A DNA stretch of 64,000 bases from an uncultured Bacillota bacterium (GTDB lineage Bacteria > Sysuimicrobiota > Sysuimicrobiia > Sysuimicrobiales > Segetimicrobiaceae), in the NCBI GenBank assembly GCA_963804645.1, contig CAWDRG010000009.1, positions 576,001-640,000 of the forward strand. The letters are read 5' to 3'. Position 1 is the stretch's first letter; each line of letters opens with the position of its first letter. Made by a program: the position numbers and the translations under genes. Shown here piece by piece: positions 57,053 to 64,000 of the stretch. Below the pieces are notes generated by a model, which was not told where the DNA came from, did no database searches, and saw only the letters and a program-made list of their open reading frames with translations.

Positions 57053-58246
57053 TTAGTACAGCAGGTGAGACTGTACTCGCGAGGACCACCCCTGCGGGTT
57101 CGTCCACTCCGCGATCCGATCCGCGACATCATCCGGACCGCGCTCGAGGATGGGCCGTATATCGCGCCGTCCGATCAGGCGGTCGAAGTGGTTCGCCCCC
57201 GTCACGTTCGCGGCGGTCGGATAGGCCGCCCACCGGCACTCCTGAGGGTACAGCGCCCAGACCAGCGCCATGAGACGGAGTCCGGTCGCGACCGGACGGA
57301 ACGCCTCTTCGTCCGTGACGTGGAGCATCACGCCCGAACAGCTCTGCCCGGCGTGCCGGCCGGCGCACGGCGTGAAGCGCGCGGGTCTCGCCGCAACCCC
57401 GGGAAGCCGGCACGCGGTGAACGCGTCCCACAGCGCCGTTCCGTTCATCCACGGCGCGCCGACGATGCGAAACGGCACGCCCGTCCCGCGGCCTTCGCTG
57501 ACCGAGAGCCCCTCGAACAGTCCCGTGCCCGGATACAGCTGCGCGGTCTCGTACGACGGCAACGCGGGCGAGGTCGGGACGAACGGCAGGCCGAGCGACG
57601 GCCACCGCGGACGCCCCTCCCACCCCTGCATCCGCACCACGGTGATCTCGGCGCCGATCCGACGCTCGGCGTTCCACAGCGTCGCGAGCTCGCCGGCCGT
57701 CAGCCCGTGGCGCACCGGGATGGACCACCGGCCGACGAGGCCCGGGGGAAGCGTCTCGTCGTAGAGCGGGCCCTCCGCGGCCGATAGGTCGCCGCCGAGG
57801 GGGTTCGGACGGTCGAGGATCCAGAGCGGCATCCGCGATTCCGCGCAGGCTTCGAGCACGTGCGACAGGGTCCAGATGTAGGTGTAAAAGCGCGTGCCCA
57901 CGTCGGGGAGGTCGAACAACAGCGCGTCGAGGCCGGCGAGCGCATCCGGCGCCGGCCGAAACCCGGTTCCGTACAGACTGCGCACCGGCAGGCCCGTGAG
58001 CCCGTCCGTGGTATCGTCGACGGCGGCGCCGTCCGGCGCCGCCGCCTCCAGCCCGTGCTCGGGCGAGAACAGCGTGACGACCTGGACGCCGGCGTCGAGG
58101 AGGGCCCGCCGCGCCGGCACGAGGGGCCGCGGAGCGCAGGCCGTGGCGGCCGCGTCATTCGTGATCAGCCCGACGCGGAGTGAGCGCGCCCGAGGAAACT
58201 CGGCGAGGAGATCGACGCCGAACCGCACTTCATGCCGACGCGTCAT
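57053..58246 (-). CDS. DUF1343 / NamZ-like exo-beta-N-acetylmuramidase family protein
   Basis: 'LFSPEHG', 'FDLPDVGTRFYTY', 'LDRPNP', 'RHGLTAGELA', 'SEGRGT..PF'. Confidence 0.88.
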   Translation of the reverse strand: MTRRHEVRFGVDLLAEFPRARSLRVGLITNDAAATACAPRPLVPARRALLDAGVQVVTLFSPEHGLEAAAPDGAAVDDTTDGLTGLPVRSLYGTGFRPAPDALAGLDALLFDLPDVGTRFYTYIWTLSHVLEACAESRMPLWILDRPNPLGGDLSAAEGPLYDETLPPGLVGRWSIPVRHGLTAGELATLWNAERRIGAEITVVRMQGWEGRPRWPSLGLPFVPTSPALPSYETAQLYPGTGLFEGLSVSEGRGTGVPFRIVGAPWMNGTALWDAFTACRLPGVAARPARFTPCAGRHAGQSCSGVMLHVTDEEAFRPVATGLRLMALVWALYPQECRWAAYPTAANVTGANHFDRLIGRRDIRPILERGPDDVADRIAEWTNPQGWSSRVQSHLLY

Positions 58247-58343
58247 GAGTCCCGCTCAACGGTGCCTCGTCACTCTCCGCGGCGTGAGCGCACGGGCGCC
58301 GCGTGTCATCCGGCGCGCTTGAGCGTACCGCGCCGGTCCGGAG

Positions 58344-59513
58344 TTAGGAGGCCACCCGGAACAGCACGCCGAGCGCGTAGGTCGCCCCGCCCACGATCGC
58401 GCCCGCGACGGTCATCTCCAGCCCCGACGACCACCAGCTGCGCAGGGTGAACAGCGATTTCGCCGCGCCGACGAGAAAATGCGCGATGAGCGAAACGCCT
58501 GCGGCCCACAGGACCGCCGGGGTGCCGCTGAGCCAGAAGAACGGCAGCACCGGGACGAACGCCCCCACCCCGGTGCTGACGCCCGCGGCAAGCGCGGCCT
58601 GCCACGGATTGCCGCCCCCGCCCGTGCCGCCCATCTCCTCGGCGACGAGCGTCTGCAGCATCGCCTCCGGGTTCTGGCTGAAGTGCTCGGCCAGCTCGTC
58701 GGCTTCTTGCTTGGACAGACCCTTGAGTTGATAAAACAGCGACAGCTCTTCCTTTTCCTCTTCCGGATTCTGCTCGATCTCCCGGCGCTCGCCCGCGACG
58801 TTGGCGGCCGCGACCTCGGAGGCCGACCGCTCGGCGAGGAACGCGCCGACCGACATCGAGAGCGCCGACGCGATCGCGCCCGCGAGCCCTGCCGTGAGCA
58901 CGAAGCTCGAGCCGTTGGTCGCGCCGGACACGCCGGCGACGATGCCGAACACCGCGCCGAGCCCGTCGTTCGCGCCGTACACCGCGCCGGAGATCCAGCT
59001 CGAGCCGCTCTGGTGCCACGTCTCCCGGCCGAGGATGCGGCGCAGGCGTCCCTCCGGGGACTCGCCCGTCGCGGGGGCGCCCGGTCCCCGCAGCTCTTCG
59101 TCGGCCCGCGCGTGGGAGCGCTCCTCCGTCCGCAGCTCGGCCAGCAGGGTGTCCGTGTCGGCGTCGCCCGTCGGAGATCCGTAGACGCCTTCGACCTCGC
59201 TCTCCTCCAGCGATTCCCGCCACGCCAGCACCTTCTCGACCGGCGCCAGCGCGATCTGGAGGCGCGTCCAGAACGGCAGGCGGATCGAGCGGGCGTCCGG
59301 AATCTGCGCGCCCAGTTCGCGCAGCCGCGCCTCCAGCCGCTGCCGGTGCGACGCCTCCCCCTCGGCCATGCGCCGGATGATCGCCGCCCGCTTGGGATCG
59401 CGCTCCCGCTCCGCGAGCGCCTCGTAGGCCATCCGCGCCTGAATCTCGCCGCGCCACGCCGCGAGCAGGCGTGCGACGGCGTCCTGCGTGGGCGGGGCCT
59501 GGGGCGTGGTCAT
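58344..59513 (-). CDS. Ferritin/rubrerythrin-like domain + VIT1/CCC1 transporter fusion
   Basis: N-terminal ExxH motifs ('EASH','ERSH'); 'VYGANDGL', 'AGAIASALSMSVG', 'EEEKEEL..FY'. Confidence 0.88.
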   Translation of the reverse strand: MTTPQAPPTQDAVARLLAAWRGEIQARMAYEALAERERDPKRAAIIRRMAEGEASHRQRLEARLRELGAQIPDARSIRLPFWTRLQIALAPVEKVLAWRESLEESEVEGVYGSPTGDADTDTLLAELRTEERSHARADEELRGPGAPATGESPEGRLRRILGRETWHQSGSSWISGAVYGANDGLGAVFGIVAGVSGATNGSSFVLTAGLAGAIASALSMSVGAFLAERSASEVAAANVAGERREIEQNPEEEKEELSLFYQLKGLSKQEADELAEHFSQNPEAMLQTLVAEEMGGTGGGGNPWQAALAAGVSTGVGAFVPVLPFFWLSGTPAVLWAAGVSLIAHFLVGAAKSLFTLRSWWSSGLEMTVAGAIVGGATYALGVLFRVAS

Positions 59514-59532
59514 CGGCGCGGCATGCGGACCG

Positions 59533-60345
59533 TCATGACGGCGGCAGCGCCTTCGACATGTCGACCTTCTCGAATTCCTTGGCGAACTCCACGAGATAGT
59601 CGGTCAGGCGCGCGATCGCCTCCTCGCCCCGCTTGCGCAACCCGTCCAGGTCCGCGGGGCGGATCTCGGGCGAGCTCGCGATGTCGATGTCCCAGGCGTC
59701 GACGGGGACCAGCAGCTGCGCGCCGCCGAACTCGAAGTTGTTGAACCCGAGCGGCTTGATCTTCGCGCCGAGGATCGGCTTGAGCGGGGGGTTCTTGCCC
59801 CACTCGCCCTTATAGCCGCCGCTCCGGATGTCGGCGACCTCCGGGCCGTCGATCGCGACCGCGAGCGCGAGTTCGGAGATGTGGCTGCCCTCGGGAAAGA
59901 GCTCCGGCATCAGCTTGCGCTCGACCGTCCACCACTCGACAATCGAGATCAGCATCCCGAGCTTCCGCACGTTCCGCCCGGTCCGGATCAGCGGGTCGCG
60001 ATTGCCCCCGTGGCCGTTGAGAAAGATGACTTTGCGGACGCCGTTGCGGCGGAGGCTGCGGCAGATGTCCGTGCAGAACGCCTCCATCACGTGCTGCGAG
60101 ATCGCGAGCGACCCGGGATAGTCCCGCATCTTGTCGTTTTCGCCGTACGGCAGCAGCGGGAGGATCATCATGCCGGTGCGCTTGCCTACCTCGTCGGCCA
60201 GCTTGTCGACCGAGATCGCGTCGATCCCGATCGGGGTCGGGCCGTGCGCGTGGAGCGTCCCGACCGCCATCATCACCGTGTCGGACTTCTTGAACGCTTC
60301 CTCGGCTTCGATCCAGGACATCTCTAGGAGTCGAAACTTCTTCAC
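59533..60345 (-). CDS. Creatininase family amidohydrolase
   Basis: 'HGPTPIGID', 'YPGSL', 'FLNGHGGN', 'H..E'. Confidence 0.85.
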   Translation of the reverse strand: MKKFRLLEMSWIEAEEAFKKSDTVMMAVGTLHAHGPTPIGIDAISVDKLADEVGKRTGMMILPLLPYGENDKMRDYPGSLAISQHVMEAFCTDICRSLRRNGVRKVIFLNGHGGNRDPLIRTGRNVRKLGMLISIVEWWTVERKLMPELFPEGSHISELALAVAIDGPEVADIRSGGYKGEWGKNPPLKPILGAKIKPLGFNNFEFGGAQLLVPVDAWDIDIASSPEIRPADLDGLRKRGEEAIARLTDYLVEFAKEFEKVDMSKALPPS

Positions 60346-60507
60346 GTTGTCCGCCTCCTCATGGATGGGGGTGCCTCGCGGGGCCGTGTGCGCTCCCTTG
60401 CGGCTTTCACCGTCTCGACGCGGGCTTCCTTTGATCAGTGGGGCGCCCGGACGCGACTCGCCGCGCGGCGCGCGGGACGGCCGCTCAGAGGACCGGGTGC
60501 GCTCGGC

Positions 60508-62127
60508 TCAGCCGCTGATCCAGGTCTTTTTGAGGAAGATGCGCCGGCCGGTGAACGACTGCGCGTAGCCCTGGAGCTTCGACGACATCGCCTCGATGCT
60601 GAACTTGGTGTACCACCACCAGTTGGGCGAGTCGTCCAGCAGCATCCGCTGGATCTCGATGTACAGGCTGCGGCGCTCGTCGTGGTTCGAGATCGACCGC
60701 GCCTGGTTCATCAGCGCCTCCAGCGTCGGGTTGTTGTACCCGCCGTCGTTGGCCGTCCCGTGCGCGGCAAAGTAGGGATAGACGTAGCCGTCCGGGCCCG
60801 GCCGGAAAGTGTTGGCCGACGCGAAGATCTCGCCGCCTTCCTTGCCGCCGGTGCGGATCTCCAGGTTGTGCACCTGTCCGTACGCGCCCCACTCCATCTG
60901 CTGGACCTGGGTCGTGACGTTCAGCTTGTTGAGCGTGTCCTGCACCACGAGCGTGCTCGCGACGAACTCCGGGTACTGCGGAGAGCACAGCATTTGAATC
61001 GTGAACCCGCCGTTCGGGTACCCGGCCTCCGCGAGCAGCTTCTTGGCGCCGTCCAGGTCGGGCTTGAGGTACGGCAGCGTCTTGGGATCCACCGGCCAGT
61101 CGCCGTACCCGGTGGGGACCGGGCCAGACGGCACGCCGGCGCCGTAGACGGCTTTCTGGATCACCTCGTTCGTGTCGACCGCCATGCGCAGCGCCCGCCG
61201 CACCCGCGCGTCGTCGAGCGGCTTCCGGCTGACGTTCAGGTAGTGCAGCGCGACCCACGCGTTCGGGGCCTTCAGGACGACGATCCCGGGCGTCGCCTGC
61301 AGCCCGGCGATGCTCTGCGCGCTGAGCGCGGCGTACTGAATCTGGCCGGAGCGCAGCGCGGCGACCCGCGTCGTCTCCTCCGTCAGGATCTTGAACGTCA
61401 TCCCGTCGAGGTACGGCAGCGGCTGGTCCCAGTAGTCCGCGTTGCGGGCGTACGTGATGTGATCTTGGGGGATGTACTCGACGAGCTTGAACGGCCCGGT
61501 CCCGATCGCCTTGATCTTGACGTTTTCGCGCTCGGCGTAGCCCTTCGGCATGATGCCGGACGCCCGCAGGGACGCGAAGACGCCGAGGAGGTCCGGAAAC
61601 GGGGCGTTCAGGTTGAGTTGGAACGTGAGCGGGTCGACCACCTTGGTCTCCTGGACCGCGTCGAGCCACGACCGCCAGCCGGATCCCGTCTTCGGATCCA
61701 GTACGCGATCGATGCTGTACTTCACGTCGTCCGCCGTAAGGGGCTGGCCGTTGTGGAACTTGACGTTCGGACGGAGATGGAACGTGTAGGTCTTGCTGCC
61801 GTTGGTGATGTCCCACTTGACCGCGAGCGCCGGCACGACATTGGTCTTCTCGTCGTACCCCGTGAGGCTGTCGTAGATGTGCTCGAAGCCCTGCAGCGCG
61901 GAGAAGTTCGCGTCCGTGTGGGGATCGAGGCTGACCGGGTCCACCTCCTGCGCCGCGATCAGCGTCCCTCCGCGCTTCGGCGTCCCGGCGGACGCCGCCC
62001 GGACCGCGTCCGGGGTCCACGGCGCGCCGAGGCCGAGCCCGGCGAGGCCTCCGGCCGCGGCGGCGCCGCCGACAAGAAACGCGCGCCGGCTCAGGGTGTC
62101 CGTTTCGCGAGTCCGTGTCCGTGCCAT
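60508..62127 (-). CDS. Tat-exported family 5 ABC substrate-binding protein
   Basis: 'LSRRAFL' Tat motif; 'VKFHNGQPLTADDVKYS', 'IGTGPFK'. Confidence 0.92.
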   Translation of the reverse strand: MARTRTRETDTLSRRAFLVGGAAAAGGLAGLGLGAPWTPDAVRAASAGTPKRGGTLIAAQEVDPVSLDPHTDANFSALQGFEHIYDSLTGYDEKTNVVPALAVKWDITNGSKTYTFHLRPNVKFHNGQPLTADDVKYSIDRVLDPKTGSGWRSWLDAVQETKVVDPLTFQLNLNAPFPDLLGVFASLRASGIMPKGYAERENVKIKAIGTGPFKLVEYIPQDHITYARNADYWDQPLPYLDGMTFKILTEETTRVAALRSGQIQYAALSAQSIAGLQATPGIVVLKAPNAWVALHYLNVSRKPLDDARVRRALRMAVDTNEVIQKAVYGAGVPSGPVPTGYGDWPVDPKTLPYLKPDLDGAKKLLAEAGYPNGGFTIQMLCSPQYPEFVASTLVVQDTLNKLNVTTQVQQMEWGAYGQVHNLEIRTGGKEGGEIFASANTFRPGPDGYVYPYFAAHGTANDGGYNNPTLEALMNQARSISNHDERRSLYIEIQRMLLDDSPNWWWYTKFSIEAMSSKLQGYAQSFTGRRIFLKKTWISG

Positions 62128-62202
62128 GGGCCCCTCCGAGATTCGAGTTTCCTGGTGGTTCGCCGTGCGGGGGTGCCTCCCTCCGCGCGCCGCCCTCCCG
62201 GC

Positions 62203-63240
62203 TCAGAACGTCCCGCGCTCGAAAAACGCGCCGAGCAGGCGGACGATCGCCTCGAGGTCCTCCTCCCGGACGGTCTCGATCGGGCTGTGGGTGTAGCGGG
62301 TCGGATAACAGATGAGGGCCGCCGGGATCCCGTTCTTGAGCAGGGCGGCGGAGTCGGACGCGAACGACTGAAACGACACGTGCTGGATCGGGATGTGCTC
62401 CGCCTCGGCGGCGTGTGCGAGCGCGTACGTCAGGCCCTTGTGATACCGGATCCCCGAGTCCTTGTGCACGAGGACGGGGCCCGCGCCCAGCCGGCAGGGG
62501 ACTTCGTCCGGCGAGATGCCTGGCACGTCCCCGGCCGGGCCGACGTCGAGCGAGATCCCCAGGTCGTAGTCCCGCCCCAGGGCGTCGGCGCCGATCAGCC
62601 CCCCTTCCTCCTGGATCGTGCTCGCGATCCACAGGTCGTAGGTGAGGCGCGTCCGATCCGCGCGGCGGGCGACCTCGAGGGCGATCGCCAAGGCGGCGCG
62701 GTCGTCCATGGCCTTGCCGACGATGTTGGCGCCCAGGCGGGAGGTCGGCGGCGGGTTCCAGATCACGGCCGCGCCGGGATGCACGCCCACGTGCTCGACC
62801 TCGGCGCGCGATCGGAGGCCCAGATCCACGAACACGTCCGGCCACCCGAGCGCGCCCTCACGCTGTCCCGCTGCCCGCAGGTGCCCGGTGCGCGCGCCGA
62901 CGACCCCGGGCACCGACCCGTGCTCGGTCATGACGAGGCAGTGCTCGCCCGCCAGCAGCGGGGACGGCGGGGCCTGGCTGCTGATCAGGCCGCCGCCCGT
63001 CATCAGGCGGAGGAACCCATCGTCGGTGATGCTGCGCACGATCACCGCGATCTCGTCCGCGTGCGCGACGAGCACGGCCTTCTTCCCGCGGCCGCCGACA
63101 TGCCCGAGGATGTTCCCCACCGGGGTGGCGGAGACGTCGCATCCCGCGGCGCGGAGCGTGTCCGCCACCAACGTCTGGACTTGGTCCTCGTACCCGCCCG
63201 GTCCCGGCATGTCGCACAGCGTCTTCACGAGCTCAAACAC
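62203..63240 (-). CDS. M42 family metallo-aminopeptidase
   Basis: 'GPGGYE', 'VAHADEI', 'KAMDDR', 'QEEGGL.GA', 'RYTHSPIE'. GTG start at 63240. Confidence 0.9.
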   Translation of the reverse strand: MFELVKTLCDMPGPGGYEDQVQTLVADTLRAAGCDVSATPVGNILGHVGGRGKKAVLVAHADEIAVIVRSITDDGFLRLMTGGGLISSQAPPSPLLAGEHCLVMTEHGSVPGVVGARTGHLRAAGQREGALGWPDVFVDLGLRSRAEVEHVGVHPGAAVIWNPPPTSRLGANIVGKAMDDRAALAIALEVARRADRTRLTYDLWIASTIQEEGGLIGADALGRDYDLGISLDVGPAGDVPGISPDEVPCRLGAGPVLVHKDSGIRYHKGLTYALAHAAEAEHIPIQHVSFQSFASDSAALLKNGIPAALICYPTRYTHSPIETVREEDLEAIVRLLGAFFERGTF

Positions 63241-63299
63241 GGCGTGTCCCCCTTGTGGTGTGATCTTCGTGCCTCCGCTCGACGGTCCGTCCCCGCGGG

Positions 63300-64000
63300 T
63301 CAGGCGGGCGCGCCGTCCGCGACGGCCGCCAGCACGCGCAGAAAGTTCTCGCGGTAGACTTTGCGCAGGGCCTCCTCGGAATATCCCCGTGCTCGGAGCT
63401 CGGCGGTGAGCCCGGGCAGATCCACGGGGCTCTGCATCCCGAGAAATTCTGAGCGGACGTATCCCTGCCGCGGGCCCGCGTCCGATTCCGCGATGCCCGG
63501 CGCCGCGCCGAGCTCCCAGCCGTAGTGGAAGAAATCGGTGCCGATGCCGACGTGGTCGATCCCGGCGATCTCGACCACGTGCTCCAGGTGGTCCGCCCAC
63601 CGGCCGATGGTGGGGTCGCCGCTCGCCACAAAGTTTGGGACGGCCACCATGCCGACCAGCCCGCCGGCCGCGGCGATCGCCCGGATCATCTCGTCCGTGA
63701 CGTTCCGCAGATTGTCTTGGAGCGCCCGCGCGTTCGAGTGGCTGGCGATCACGGGTTTGACGGAGGTCTCGAGGATGTCCCGGGTCGTCCGGTCGGACCC
63801 GTGCGACACGTCGACGATGATGCCGAGACGGTTCATCTCCTTGATGGCGGCGCGGCCGGCACGGCTCAGCCCCCCGTGCGTCTCGTTCTCCCAGTTCCCG
63901 TCGGCGAAGAGCGTCCGGCGCGCGTGCGTCAGCGACACCATCCGCAGCCCGAGCCGGTGCACCAGCCGCAGCGCGGCGAGATCCTGTCCGAGCGGCTCGG
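63300..64000 (-). CDS. Membrane dipeptidase (M19) family, 5'-partial
   Basis: 'MNRLGIIVDVSH', 'IASHSN', 'RNVTD', 'HVGIGTDF', 'ENFLRV'. Confidence 0.9.
   Translation of the reverse strand, partial: EPLGQDLAALRLVHRLGLRMVSLTHARRTLFADGNWENETHGGLSRAGRAAIKEMNRLGIIVDVSHGSDRTTRDILETSVKPVIASHSNARALQDNLRNVTDEMIRAIAAAGGLVGMVAVPNFVASGDPTIGRWADHLEHVVEIAGIDHVGIGTDFFHYGWELGAAPGIAESDAGPRQGYVRSEFLGMQSPVDLPGLTAELRARGYSEEALRKVYRENFLRVLAAVADGAPA

Overview
High-GC bacterial chromosomal window with four main parts. (1) 1-18.5 kb is the distal half of an extracellular contractile injection system (eCIS, Afp/PVC-like). It encodes a LysM protein, gpD/gp27-like hub, gp5/V spike, PAAR-like tip, gp25, two baseplate-J proteins, a tail/baseplate protein split by a single-base frameshift, a DUF6519-type fibre and a DxD glycosyltransferase-like DUF6734-type protein. 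It ends in a tandem array of DUF4157 genes: one large OmpA-domain mosaic, one decayed remnant and one with a lower-GC C-terminal domain. (2) 18.7-38.7 kb holds a sugar-acid/amide catabolic operon, a peptide-type ABC system and two divergent phosphoesterase genes sharing 11-bp-phased PHO-box-like repeats. (3) 38.9-44.4 kb is a lasso-peptide gene cluster (RRE-peptidase fusion, cyclase, 55-aa precursor with a predicted Gly1-Glu8 ring) flanked on both sides by glycosyltransferase-like genes. (4) 44.5-64 kb holds peptide-type ABC components, hydrolases and oxidoreductases. It includes a peroxiredoxin-like gene with an in-frame UGA in a UxxC motif followed by a SECIS-like hairpin (probable selenoprotein, truncated in the ORF track). 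I saw no rRNA, tRNA, CRISPR array, transposase or integrase. Family names come from motif recognition only; no database search was run.
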